Assembly: GCA_038065355.1 (NCBI GenBank)
Contig: JBBTRC010000007.1
Location: 118,580 to 176,844, forward strand
DNA: 58,265 nt
From: Patescibacteria group bacterium
Lineage (GTDB): Bacteria; Patescibacteriota; Minisyncoccia; Phycocordibacterales; UBA918
Direction of reading: 5' to 3'
A program made the position numbers and the translations under genes. This document shows positions 1 to 9,024 of the stretch, one piece after another. The notes below the pieces were generated by a model that saw nothing but the letters and a program-made list of their open reading frames with translations, did no database searches and was not told where the DNA came from. Within the stretch, counting starts at the first letter, position 1. Every line of letters starts with the position of its first letter.

Positions 1-135
1 CGGGCGGCCCGCGGGGGCTTCCATTCGGGTAAGTTCCTACGATGCAGTGCATCGCACCCACATAATAACATCTATCCCACAGCCTATCCACAGGTTTCTG
101 GATAGTTTTCCCCAGTTTTATACCCAGCACCGTTT

Positions 136-1440
136 CTAACGTACTGGTAGGTACTGCATCGGATCGATGTAGGCTTCGGTGGCGGCGACCGGAGTCGAGG
201 CTGGTCCACAGCTGGTCACGGTTTTAATTTCGTTGAATTTACGCACATTGACGCCCGCTTTGGCGTAGACCGTGAAGTGCAGATGGGGGCCGGTAGAAAA
301 GCCAGTGCTTCCAACGTACCCAACCACCTCGCCAGTGCTCACTTTCTGGCCGGGCGACACGCTAATAACGTCTTGGTGGGCGTAGAGGGTCGAGAGGCCG
401 TTGGCGTGATCAATAAGTGTCCACTTGCCCCAGGAGTAACAGCCTGGCACGAGGTCGGTGTTGCCAGTGGCGCGGACGGTGCCAGACAGAGGGGCGTAAA
501 TAGCGGTACCTCGTGGCGCGCCAAAGTCCACTCCTGGGTGATACGGACGGCCGCCGTACACGGCGGCGTTGCGGGCTGCGAACTCGGTACCGCCAAAGTA
601 TTGCGTGATGATTATGTTTTGGAGTGGCCAGCTAAAGACCGGCGTACCTTGCGGCGGAATAGTGTTGGGGTCGAGAATAAATTGTAGTTGGGATTCAAAC
701 TCGCGCAGTTCTTTGAGAATTTGCTCTCGAGCTTGTTGGCGTGTAGCCAGTAGCTGTTGGTAGCTCTTCTCTTCATTTTTTGTTACCTCGAGCAGTTCGG
801 TTCGCTCCGCTTTATTGTTTGTGAGGACAATATTTTGGTCGGTGTATTGAGTTTTTAACGAAGTCAGATCAGCGCGTTTCGCCTCGTTGGTGGTGCGATT
901 TTTTTCCAGCAACGTCTGAAACGAGCTCAATTCAGCGACTTTGGCAGACATGGTATTCCGCACGTTTTCGTGTGCTTCGAGAGTGCTCCAAAACTCAGAC
1001 AGATGGTCATGGCGAAGCAATAATTCCAAAAGTGAATCGTCGCTTGATTTATACTGCGCGCGAATAATCTCGGCGATGGCGCTTTCGGTTTTGTCTATAT
1101 CTTGTTCGGTGCGAGAAATTTCGAGGACCAGTTTATTAATTTCGAGATCGGTTGAGGCAATAAGATTTTCGGTTTTGGCGATTTCGGCCGTCACTTTCTT
1201 GCGTTCCAGCTCGAGTTGGTTGATTGCGTTCTGCAGAGTTTTTTTCTCGGCGCCGACGACCTTGAGGTCGGCTTCGTATTTTGCTATTTCGGCTTCTATC
1301 TGCGACAAGCGGCTGTTTCTATCCTGAATTTGCGTTTGGAGGCGTTCCAACTCTGTCTGTGCAAACGCGCTGGGAGCAAAAGAAAACGCCAGTATAATCA
1401 ATATACCAACTAAGAGGGCTACGAACCATCGTGTGATCAT
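136..1440 (-). CDS. M23/LytM-family metallopeptidase with N-terminal membrane anchor and long coiled coil (EnvC-like)
   Basis: 434-aa ORF. Hydrophobic N-terminus, heptad-rich middle, C-terminal motifs HPGVDFGAPRGTAIYAP and GSTGFSTGPHLHF. Confidence 0.85.
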   Translation of the reverse strand: MITRWFVALLVGILIILAFSFAPSAFAQTELERLQTQIQDRNSRLSQIEAEIAKYEADLKVVGAEKKTLQNAINQLELERKKVTAEIAKTENLIASTDLEINKLVLEISRTEQDIDKTESAIAEIIRAQYKSSDDSLLELLLRHDHLSEFWSTLEAHENVRNTMSAKVAELSSFQTLLEKNRTTNEAKRADLTSLKTQYTDQNIVLTNNKAERTELLEVTKNEEKSYQQLLATRQQAREQILKELREFESQLQFILDPNTIPPQGTPVFSWPLQNIIITQYFGGTEFAARNAAVYGGRPYHPGVDFGAPRGTAIYAPLSGTVRATGNTDLVPGCYSWGKWTLIDHANGLSTLYAHQDVISVSPGQKVSTGEVVGYVGSTGFSTGPHLHFTVYAKAGVNVRKFNEIKTVTSCGPASTPVAATEAYIDPMQYLPVR

Positions 1441-2786
1441 TATGCCGCTATTTTATCATAGGCAAATTGGAGGCGACTCTCTGTCTCTTCCTGCCCTAAA
1501 ATAAAGGCTAAAGTGAACGGGTCCGGCGACTGCTCTCGTCCTGATAAGGCAACCCGTAACGGCCACAGCACCTCCCCTTTGCCGACCTCTTCCGCGTAAG
1601 GCCAAATAGCCCCCTTTACCGCTTCAGGACTTGAGAAGTCTGCCACAGTCAGCAGTTTTTTGAGATGCAAAAGGCGCGGCGCGGCGCTGGCGACTGTTTC
1701 GTCCTTTTTCCACTTGAGCAAAGACACTTCGTAGTCGGGTACAGCAAAGGCAAAGTGGTACTCCCCCGCTTTCGCCTGCTCCTCAAATTCCTTTTTCGTG
1801 CTTATGCGTTCACGGATAGTCGGTAAAAGTTTCTCGAGACGCTCATTTGAAAATTGCGGTAGTGCAGAAAAAAACTCTTCGGCGGCGAGGTAGGCGCGTA
1901 ACTCGTCATCGGACAACTGCGCTAGGTAATGACGGTTAAACCAAGTGAATTTTTGCTTATCAAATATCGCTCCTCCCTTTTGCACCTGAGCCAGGTCAAA
2001 GCGTTCTGCCAGTTCCTCAAGGCTAAAAAATTCTTGATCCGTTCCCGGGCTCCATCCAAGCAAGGCGAGGTAGTTCACTATGGCCTCTTTCAGAAAACCT
2101 TCTTTTTGGTACTCAATCAACGCCACCGCCCCATGGCGCTTGGACATTTTTGATCGATCGGGAGCCAAAATCAATGGTAAATGTGCATAGTGCGGCCGCG
2201 TTGCACCGATTGCCTCTTGAATTAAAATTTGACGTGGTGTGTTTGAGATATGATCTTCGCCTCGAATAACATGAGTGATACCCATCTCATGATCGTCAAC
2301 GACCACTGTGAAGTGGTACAGGGCATCTTCAATGGACCGGGCGATCACAAAGTCTCCGAGTTCGGTGGTGTCAAAGGTAATTTCACCGCGAATTTCGTCG
2401 AGAAAAGTGATGGCTTTGTTTGGGTTTTTCAAGCGTATCACCTCAATCATTTCTTCCGGATTTTGCTTGCTTGGTTCCTTTGAGGCGTAGGCCGTACCGG
2501 CGGCAATGAGTTTTTCTAGGTAGGTTTTGTAGATGGCTGTGCGCTCTGACTGGCGGTAGATTGTTTCATTCTGCCAACGCAAACCAAGCCACGACAAACC
2601 GGCAATAATTTCTTCCTCATACTCTCTTTTGCTCCGTGCTTGGTCGGTATCTTCACTGCGAAAGATCATGTGCCCGCCGTGCTTTTCTGCAAATAGGTAG
2701 TTAAAAAGTGCGGTGCGAACGGTACCGATGTGCAAGCGTCCGGTGGGACTAGGTGGAATACGAGTGACGACTGGTTTATGATCCAT
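1440..2786 (-). CDS. gltX: glutamyl-tRNA synthetase
   Basis: 448-aa ORF. Class I motifs PSPTGRLHIGTVRTALFNY and KMSKRHG. Its stop overlaps the start of the downstream gene. Confidence 0.9.
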   Translation of the reverse strand: MDHKPVVTRIPPSPTGRLHIGTVRTALFNYLFAEKHGGHMIFRSEDTDQARSKREYEEEIIAGLSWLGLRWQNETIYRQSERTAIYKTYLEKLIAAGTAYASKEPSKQNPEEMIEVIRLKNPNKAITFLDEIRGEITFDTTELGDFVIARSIEDALYHFTVVVDDHEMGITHVIRGEDHISNTPRQILIQEAIGATRPHYAHLPLILAPDRSKMSKRHGAVALIEYQKEGFLKEAIVNYLALLGWSPGTDQEFFSLEELAERFDLAQVQKGGAIFDKQKFTWFNRHYLAQLSDDELRAYLAAEEFFSALPQFSNERLEKLLPTIRERISTKKEFEEQAKAGEYHFAFAVPDYEVSLLKWKKDETVASAAPRLLHLKKLLTVADFSSPEAVKGAIWPYAEEVGKGEVLWPLRVALSGREQSPDPFTLAFILGQEETESRLQFAYDKIAA

Positions 2787-3891
2787 GTGTTCGGCCGATG
2801 CTTAAAAGTAAATCTGCGATTTTTTTGGCCGCATCAGGAAAAGAGAGTGTGCGAGCGGCATTCCCCATCGCCTCAGTACGACTGCGGTCACTGATAATAG
2901 ATTGAATTTGTTCAGCCAGCAAGTGCGGGGTAAGATTGTGCTCTTCAATCACAATCGCCGCGCCACTGCGGGCGTACGAGTAGGCGTTCGTACGTTGATC
3001 GCGGCTGATGTTTTCGGGAATGGGTACTACGATGGCGGGTTTGCCGTGGTAAGCAATTTCAAAAAGAGTGGTACTGCCGGCTCTCGTCACGATAATCGCC
3101 GCCGCGTCAAGGAGGAGTGCGACAGTTTTTGCGTCCAATGAATCTCGAAGGTAGTAGTTTGCCAAAAGCGGAGAATCAGCCAACAAACTTTGTGCCGCCA
3201 ATTGAATTGCTTCGAGATGCCCATCGCCCACTTGATGGAAGATTCTATAATGAGGCAATAATTCGGAGAGTGATTGAATCAGTACGTTGTTCAGTCGCTC
3301 GGCTCCGAGCGAGCCACCGGTGATGTAAATGAGAGGTTTGTCGGCGGGGATCCCAAGCTCGGCGAGTGGGTTCTGACTCGTATTCTTTATTTCAGCGCGC
3401 AGCGGTATGCCGATGAGAGCGGTTTTCTCTTTTGGAAAGTACTTCGCCACGTCGTTGTGAGCGATGGCAATGTATTTTGCAAAAGAGGCCGCTAATTTAT
3501 TGGCGCGGCCTGGTACCGCGTCAGATTCGTGGATTACGACCGGTATCATAAGAAAGCGGGCAGCAATCAAAATCGGAATACTCGTGTAGCCACCTTTGCT
3601 AAAAATAACGTCAGGGTAGATCCAAAATAGCTTAAAAACCGCCACAAAGACACCGAAAAAATTTTTAAACACATCGATAAAATTCTGTACCGAAAAGTAG
3701 CGGCGTAATTTGCCAGCCGGACAATACACGTAGGTGATGTGGTTCGTCTGAAGGGCCTCTTTGCTGTATGGCTCCGGACCAAAATAGTACAACCGCGGCG
3801 GTTTTTGCTCTTTCGTCAGTTCTTCAGCCACCGCCATGAGCGGGTAAAAATGGCCACCGGTACCTCCCCCTACGAACCCGATTTTCATCAT
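2776..3891 (-). CDS. murG: UDP-GlcNAc:lipid I N-acetylglucosaminyltransferase MurG
   Basis: 371-aa ORF. N-terminal GGGTGGHFYP glycine loop. Sits next to ftsW and mraY. Confidence 0.9.
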   Translation of the reverse strand: MMKIGFVGGGTGGHFYPLMAVAEELTKEQKPPRLYYFGPEPYSKEALQTNHITYVYCPAGKLRRYFSVQNFIDVFKNFFGVFVAVFKLFWIYPDVIFSKGGYTSIPILIAARFLMIPVVIHESDAVPGRANKLAASFAKYIAIAHNDVAKYFPKEKTALIGIPLRAEIKNTSQNPLAELGIPADKPLIYITGGSLGAERLNNVLIQSLSELLPHYRIFHQVGDGHLEAIQLAAQSLLADSPLLANYYLRDSLDAKTVALLLDAAAIIVTRAGSTTLFEIAYHGKPAIVVPIPENISRDQRTNAYSYARSGAAIVIEEHNLTPHLLAEQIQSIISDRSRTEAMGNAARTLSFPDAAKKIADLLLSIGRTHGS

Positions 3892-3901
3892 ATGAAGTGT
3901 A

Positions 3902-5014
3902 TCATGCGCGTTTCTTCACGACGCGGTATTTTGACACGTTGAGGACGATGCCAAGCGAGGCCAGCGTCGCGAGGAGTGATGTCCCCCCATGGCTGATGAA
4001 TGGCAGAGGCAGACCGGAGAGGGGCGCCAGCCCAAGCATAGCGGCGATGTTCAGAAATGCCTGCGTGATAATGATGGTAATAAAGCCAGTCACGAGGAGT
4101 GTCCCAAACATATCACTTGTTTGGGTGGCAATTTTATACCCGCGAAGCGATAAGCTCACGAGTGCAATTATGAGAAGTGCGGTGCCAACAAATCCGAATT
4201 CTTCCGCGTACACGGCAAAGATTGAATCGCCGATTGGCTCCGGTAAGTATTCAAATTTTTGGATACTCTGCCCAAAACCGCGGCCAGTCATTCCGCCGGT
4301 GCCGATGGCGATGAGCGACTGCTGAATCTGATAGCCACTGCCGAGCGGGTCGTTGTCAGGGTGTAGAAAGGTAGTAAAACGATCCATTATGTAAGGGCGG
4401 AAAGTGGCGATGAGCGCAAGGGCAACTAGGCCGCCAAGCAGAATGAGCCCAATGTCGCGCCAGGTCGCGCCCGCCGTCAAAAACATAGCCATGCCAGCAC
4501 AGCCGATAATCAAGAAAGTATCAGTGTCCGGCTGGAGGAGTAGTACCAGTCCCGCAAGACCAATGATTGCCAAAAAAGGCAAGAGACCGTAACGCCAGGA
4601 GTTGATCTTGCTATGGACGCCCGAGAGCCAAGTGGCCAAATACACTACAAAACCAATTTTTAAAAACTCTGATGGTTGCACGGTTGTCAGGCCTAAGTCG
4701 AGCCAGCGGGTAGCGCCGCCGTGAGTCATTCCTAAACTAGGAATGAACACGGCGGCGGTCGCGGCGAGCGTCAGTATAAAAAAATAAAACGCGTACTTCC
4801 GCCAGTGCCGGTAGTGCAGATTGCTGGTCAAGAGAAGTGCCACTCCCCCGCCGACAATTCCGAAAGCAAACTGACTAAACGCAACGGAGCCAAAGCTGGC
4901 GCCATCGCGAGCGAGCAAACCAAGCGAAGCTGACGAAAAAATCAAAAAGCCGCCACCGACCAAAACGGCAATAATGGCGAGCAAAACCGTGTCAATAGAT
5001 TTTGGCTTTTGCAT
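3902..5014 (-). CDS. ftsW: SEDS-family lipid II flippase/peptidoglycan polymerase (FtsW/RodA)
   Basis: 370-aa polytopic membrane ORF with the QPSEFLKI motif, located between mraY and murG. Confidence 0.85.
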   Translation of the reverse strand: MQKPKSIDTVLLAIIAVLVGGGFLIFSSASLGLLARDGASFGSVAFSQFAFGIVGGGVALLLTSNLHYRHWRKYAFYFFILTLAATAAVFIPSLGMTHGGATRWLDLGLTTVQPSEFLKIGFVVYLATWLSGVHSKINSWRYGLLPFLAIIGLAGLVLLLQPDTDTFLIIGCAGMAMFLTAGATWRDIGLILLGGLVALALIATFRPYIMDRFTTFLHPDNDPLGSGYQIQQSLIAIGTGGMTGRGFGQSIQKFEYLPEPIGDSIFAVYAEEFGFVGTALLIIALVSLSLRGYKIATQTSDMFGTLLVTGFITIIITQAFLNIAAMLGLAPLSGLPLPFISHGGTSLLATLASLGIVLNVSKYRVVKKRA

Positions 5015-5015
5015 G

Positions 5016-6074
5016 TTAGATAACCGTGGCGAGGATTACTCCGACGGTCGCACAGATAATGCTGATGATCCAGTAGCGCATCGTCACCTTGTACGAGGGC
5101 CACCCGATCGCTTCAAAATGATGGTGGAGCGGCGCAATTCGAAAGAGCTTGCGACCGGTTATTTTGCGATATGAGATTTGCAGTACGTTCGAGAGCACCG
5201 TCACGACGAGTGGTAAGCCGACAATTGGCAACAAGAAGATTCCATTCCCTTCTCCGAGCTCATCGGTCATAAAGACAACGGTCGCGAGCGCAAGTGTGAG
5301 CGCCATGGTGCCGGTCTCGGTCATCCAGAAACGAGCTGGTGGAATGTTAAACCAAAGGAAAGCGAGGATGCCTCCGACCACCGTGGCCGAGAACGCCGCC
5401 AAATCAAATTGTGACTGAATGAGTGCAATCCCGGCGTAGGCGCTAAAGATAGCGGCAAACACACCGCCTGAAAGTCCGTCGATCCCATCGATGATGCCGC
5501 TGGCGTACACTGAGATGGTTAAAAAAATATAAAACGGAATGATGAAAATCCCGAGTTCCCAAGCGTGACCAAATGGCAAATTGACTGCGGTCACGCCGAG
5601 TTTTGTGTAGAACCACCACCCGAGTGCGCCGGAAAGCAGTGTCACAAGCAGCAGGCGCACCGATAAGCGCAGTCCTTTGCCGCCGTGCGTAATATCGTAA
5701 AAGTCGTTTAAGAAACCAATCATGGCCCCGACAAGAAGCGACACTGCCGGAATGTACGTCTGCGATCGGCTCATGAAGTCTAATTCGGCGAGGACGGTGT
5801 CGGGAAATAAAAGCGCTACAAAGTAAGTGCCAAATAGTGTCGAGAGGACGCTCACCCAAATGACAATGCCGCCCATGCGTGGTGTTTTTGTTTCATGCAC
5901 GCCCTTTAGTTCATTAAAGACTGCGGCCGCATCGCCGTTTAGGGCGATTTTTCCACCTTGCTTCTTCCATGCCTTGTGAGCATACAGGTAGTGAGTAATA
6001 ATCGGCGTAATAAAAATACCAATAGTAAAGGCACTGACGGCCGGTACCAACACGTTGATGAGGGTGGATTCCAT
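5016..6074 (-). CDS. mraY: phospho-N-acetylmuramoyl-pentapeptide transferase MraY
   Basis: 352-aa polytopic membrane ORF with motifs TPRMGG and DGIDGLSGG. Confidence 0.9.
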   Translation of the reverse strand: MESTLINVLVPAVSAFTIGIFITPIITHYLYAHKAWKKQGGKIALNGDAAAVFNELKGVHETKTPRMGGIVIWVSVLSTLFGTYFVALLFPDTVLAELDFMSRSQTYIPAVSLLVGAMIGFLNDFYDITHGGKGLRLSVRLLLVTLLSGALGWWFYTKLGVTAVNLPFGHAWELGIFIIPFYIFLTISVYASGIIDGIDGLSGGVFAAIFSAYAGIALIQSQFDLAAFSATVVGGILAFLWFNIPPARFWMTETGTMALTLALATVVFMTDELGEGNGIFLLPIVGLPLVVTVLSNVLQISYRKITGRKLFRIAPLHHHFEAIGWPSYKVTMRYWIISIICATVGVILATVI

Positions 6075-6084
6075 ACGGATGCTA

Positions 6085-7077
6085 TTACTCAGACTGCAAA
6101 CTGTCAGTTACGGCCGTTGCCAGTTTTTTGACGTCAGAAAAACGCCCGTCACGGGAGGAGCCGAGCACTGTGATGATAATTGGACGGTTGAGTCCGATGT
6201 CAAAAGCGACGGTTAAATTGCCGCCGGCCAGGTCGGTAAAACCGGTTTTGGAGGCGATCAAATTAGGTATTCCGAGCACGTCTTCGTTGGTGTTGGTGAT
6301 TGTGTGATAATCGCCGTCTACGTTGTAGACGCGAGTTTCAAGTTCGCGGGTTGATTCGAGCAGTTCGGGATAATGTGTGAGCATGTATTCAAGTAAAAAA
6401 CTCACCTCCCGGGCCGAGCCGACAGCGCCGGGCTCGCTGACAGAGATATCAAGACCGGTCGGGTTTTTAAAAGCCATGGTTTTCAGTCCCAATTCTTCAG
6501 CCCGTATGTTCATACCTGTCACAAATTGATTCTCTGGGTCGTCCTCGCCAAGGAGCGAGCCGACACTGGCGGCGAGCGCGTAGGCGGCATCATTCGATGA
6601 CGCGATAAGTGCAATTTTTTGTAATGCGTCAATACGCACGCGCTCGCCAGCCGAAAGTCCGCTGTCACCTTCTTGCAAAATGGCTGCCGGTGAAAGTGTG
6701 GTTTGCCTATCTTCCGCAACAAGTTCGTGCGCGAGCAGTGTGGTCATGAGTTTTGTAATCGAAGCGAGCGGTAGCGCGTGGTCAGCGTTTTTACTAAAAA
6801 GCACCCGCTGTTCGCTGACGTCAAACACAAAAGCAGCTTGGGCGAGGATTTCAACGTGCTCAATTTTTTGCGGCACCGACGGCGTGAAGGTGGTGTTGAC
6901 TTGCGCTGACGCCGGCGGTGCCGCCGCCAAATCCTCGCTCTCCCCTCTACTTTGCTGTTGCCACCACAATACCCCAAACAGTCCTAGAAAAATTAAACCA
7001 AGCACACCCAACTGCCAACCAATCGGTAGCTTGGTATGGGTGGTGTATGTATTGCTGGATGAAGTATCGGGGTTCAT
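6085..7077 (-). CDS. D-alanyl-D-alanine carboxypeptidase (serine peptidase S11, low-MW PBP)
   Basis: 330-aa ORF. N-terminal TM segment and the SxxK (SITK), SxN (SSN) and KTG motifs in canonical order. Confidence 0.85.
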   Translation of the reverse strand: MNPDTSSSNTYTTHTKLPIGWQLGVLGLIFLGLFGVLWWQQQSRGESEDLAAAPPASAQVNTTFTPSVPQKIEHVEILAQAAFVFDVSEQRVLFSKNADHALPLASITKLMTTLLAHELVAEDRQTTLSPAAILQEGDSGLSAGERVRIDALQKIALIASSNDAAYALAASVGSLLGEDDPENQFVTGMNIRAEELGLKTMAFKNPTGLDISVSEPGAVGSAREVSFLLEYMLTHYPELLESTRELETRVYNVDGDYHTITNTNEDVLGIPNLIASKTGFTDLAGGNLTVAFDIGLNRPIIITVLGSSRDGRFSDVKKLATAVTDSLQSE

Positions 7078-7598
7078 GGTGTTGATTCAGCTTCAAAAGA
7101 CTCGATGGCGTTCATGAATTCCGCAAAGCGCGGTAACTCATACTTTTGACTGATACCGAGATGATTCAGCAAGGGCGGGGCAATTTTGTAGTAGTGACCT
7201 CCCTTTCCCACTTCTCTCTCAACCAAGCCGCGAGTGAGCAAATTGCGCAAGATAAACGATGAATTTACACCGCGAATGCGGTCGATGTCAGCTCGCGTCA
7301 CCGGTTCCTTATACAAAATAATGGCCAATGTTTCGGCGCCGGCTTTACCGATGTCGGTGTGAAGTTCACCCTTACGAAGTGTTTCAATAAACTCCGAAAG
7401 TTCTGGAGCGGTCACGAGCTCAATGTCGTTTTCGGTTTCAATCAGTCGCACAGCGCCGCTTTGGAGTCGCCGACGAAGCGCTTCCACCGCCTCGTGAAAG
7501 TCCTCCGGCGTGACAGCAAACATTTTGATCAGGTTTAGTTTGTTCTGCGGGCTGGCCTTATAGAACAACAGACCCTCGATGAGAATATCAAGCGGCAT
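7074..7598 (-). CDS. scpB: segregation and condensation protein B
   Basis: 174-aa ORF with two winged-helix-like halves typical of ScpB (…GVNSSFILRNLLTRGLVER…). scpA lies upstream on the same strand. Confidence 0.8.
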   Translation of the reverse strand: MPLDILIEGLLFYKASPQNKLNLIKMFAVTPEDFHEAVEALRRRLQSGAVRLIETENDIELVTAPELSEFIETLRKGELHTDIGKAGAETLAIILYKEPVTRADIDRIRGVNSSFILRNLLTRGLVEREVGKGGHYYKIAPPLLNHLGISQKYELPRFAEFMNAIESFEAESTP

Positions 7599-7672
7599 AT
7601 TGACAGTCTAGCATAAAAAACCATTGTTTTCAGGGCTATTTTATGCACACTTTACAAGTACAGTAAAAAGTG

Positions 7673-7701
7673 TTGACAAATATCTTGGATTATGCTAAGA
7701 T
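7673..7701 (+). promoter_or_regulatory. sigma70-type promoter TTGACA-17-TAAGAT
   Basis: Exact -35 hexamer at 7673-7678, 17-nt spacer, TAAGAT at 7696-7701. Faces away from both flanking minus-strand genes. Confidence 0.6.
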
Positions 7702-7748
7702 GGACGAGGTTCGGTGGCATTCGGCTACCGACGTTCTTGGAGACGTCT

Positions 7749-7874
7749 ATGAAAATGTACAAACCTCCGACGGCCGCGATCAACCGCGTGTATAATCAGA
7801 GCAACGTCAGCAACGACATCATCGGCAACATCGACATCTCGACGGGCGGCGCGCCGGCTTCTGCGCAGACCTGA
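7749..7874 (+). CDS. candidate small ORF (41 aa), unknown function
   Basis: GGAG at 7739-7742, 6 nt before the ATG. Peptide is MKMYKPPTAAINRVYNQSNVSNDIIGNIDISTGGAPASAQT. Bracketed by its own promoter and terminator. No homology recognised. Confidence 0.35.
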   Translation: MKMYKPPTAAINRVYNQSNVSNDIIGNIDISTGGAPASAQT

Positions 7875-7976
7875 TCTTCGGCGCCGGCGGACTGATCATT
7901 TGATTGGCCGCGGAGCCCACAACCGATTCCCTCGGCGTTAACGAGGACACGGTACCGGCCGTTCAACCGGTATTGG

Positions 7977-8030
7977 CCTGATGGACCATTGCAAACTTCC
8001 CCCCGCAATGTCCATCAGGTCTTTTCTTTT
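7977..8030 (+). terminator. Rho-independent terminator
   Basis: Stem cctgatggaccattgc / gcaatgtccatcagg (one bulge) followed by tcttttctttt. Confidence 0.75.
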
Positions 8031-8035
8031 GGAGA

Positions 8036-8064
8036 TTGACAAAACACCCTTTACCAAGTATATT
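8036..8064 (+). promoter_or_regulatory. sigma70-type promoter TTGACA-17-TATATT
   Basis: Exact -35 at 8036-8041, 17-nt spacer, TATATT at 8059-8064, immediately after the preceding terminator. Confidence 0.65.
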
Positions 8065-8070
8065 ACCAGC

Positions 8071-8258
8071 AGTTAAGTTCAAATCGCGCTCTCTGATATG
8101 TGCACTGTCAGATTGAGTGCGTTCACCCGCGTGACGTTGCCGGGAATACTCTGGTCTCCCGACCCGCCCAGAGAGAAGCAACGTTAGCCGGAGTGGCACG
8201 CATTTGCAAGCAGAGGTATTTTAATCTACCGCTTGCAGTGTGCCACTCCGGCTTTTTT
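8071..8258 (+). ncRNA. candidate ~185-nt small RNA of unknown class
   Basis: Bounded by the 8036 promoter and a 13-bp terminator stem (gccggagtggcac 8187-8199 / gtgccactccggc 8240-8252) plus TTTTTT. Has internal helices (ctctgg/ccagag, acgttgc/gcaacgt). No SD-preceded ORF seen by eye. Confidence 0.45.
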
Positions 8259-9024
8259 AATAGTATTTTGGTGTGTGACTGCGTTCAAGTTCGATTTCTA
8301 TATCATCAAAGCGTTTGATTTGAGTGATCAAGACCGTTCCCTGTTTGAAGAGCTCAAGAATCGCCAGAAATCCGACAATCACGTTTTTTCGTCCCGGCTC
8401 TTTGGCGCGAATTTCAGAAAAACGAGTTTTAATTTGTTGCTCAATCCGACGCTGAAGTTTTTCCATCATTTCTTCAAGTGTAATGGCGGGGCGCACTTTT
8501 GCCGTTGCGAGCTTTTCGGTTCTTGGCAAGTTGATCAACACCCGCTCCATGGCGGCTAGGAGTTCACTCTCCGCACAAAACCGGTCGGGCAAAAAAATTG
8601 GATTTCGCGGCGGTACATATTCCGGCTCATACTGGAGAGAGCGGCCAAATTGTGATTTCAAATCCAGAGCTACCTCACGATACAGCTGGTACAGCTGAAG
8701 TCTCCTTTCGAGCTCATCAATGCTCGTCTCCTCTTCTTCTGAAAGGTCTAGTACCGGCAAAAGAGATTTTGATTTTATGAGAAGCAAGGTGGCGGCTAGG
8801 GTAATAAACTGAGCGGTATTGGGAAGCGACAGCTCCTGCATGAGGCTGACGGTTTTAATGTATTCATCAGTCACTGCCGCGAGCGAAATATCGTTGATGA
8901 GCAGTTTTCGTTTTTCTACGAGCTCTATCAAGAGCTCAAGCGGGCCCTCAAACTGCTCGGTTTTTATAGCAAACAACGTCGGGTCGATCGTGACCGTATT
9001 CATAGCAAAATTGTAGCATGTCAC
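8257..9024 (-). CDS. scpA: segregation and condensation protein A
   Basis: 255-aa ORF with N-terminal FEGPLELLIELVEKRKLLINDISL typical of ScpA. GTG start overlaps the upstream stop (GTGA). An ATG at 9003 is an alternative start. Confidence 0.85.
   Translation of the reverse strand: MTCYNFAMNTVTIDPTLFAIKTEQFEGPLELLIELVEKRKLLINDISLAAVTDEYIKTVSLMQELSLPNTAQFITLAATLLLIKSKSLLPVLDLSEEEETSIDELERRLQLYQLYREVALDLKSQFGRSLQYEPEYVPPRNPIFLPDRFCAESELLAAMERVLINLPRTEKLATAKVRPAITLEEMMEKLQRRIEQQIKTRFSEIRAKEPGRKNVIVGFLAILELFKQGTVLITQIKRFDDIEIELERSHTPKYY

Noticed and set aside
1-70. GC-rich sequence at the window start (cgggcggcccgcgggggcttcca…), which might be the end of a structured RNA (tmRNA, tRNA or RNase P).
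   Set aside because: No T-loop (GGTTCGA), no CCA-adjacent acceptor pattern and no RNase P conserved block could be recognised. It is too truncated to call, and it may simply be the 3' end of a plus-strand coding region.
84-105. DnaA-box-like 9-mers: CTATCCACA at 84-92, and its near-inverted copy (CTATCCAGA on the minus strand) at 97-105. Possible oriC fragment.
   Set aside because: Only one box is within one mismatch of TTATCCACA. The two form a 7-bp palindrome followed by TTTT, which more simply reads as a terminator hairpin for a plus-strand ORF ending at TAG 103-105. There is no AT-rich unwinding element and no dnaA or dnaN nearby.
3902-6074. mraY is followed directly by ftsW with no murD between them, and a PBP-type carboxypeptidase replaces ftsI/murE/murF upstream.
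   Set aside because: This is a gene-order variation only. The missing genes may be elsewhere in the genome, and nothing in the sequence indicates decay or a novel function.
8100-8318. 72-aa plus-strand ORF inside the candidate sRNA region.
   Set aside because: There is no SD. It reads straight through a 13-bp terminator stem and the T-run, and then runs antisense into scpA. It is Cys/His/Arg-rich, like non-coding GC-rich sequence.
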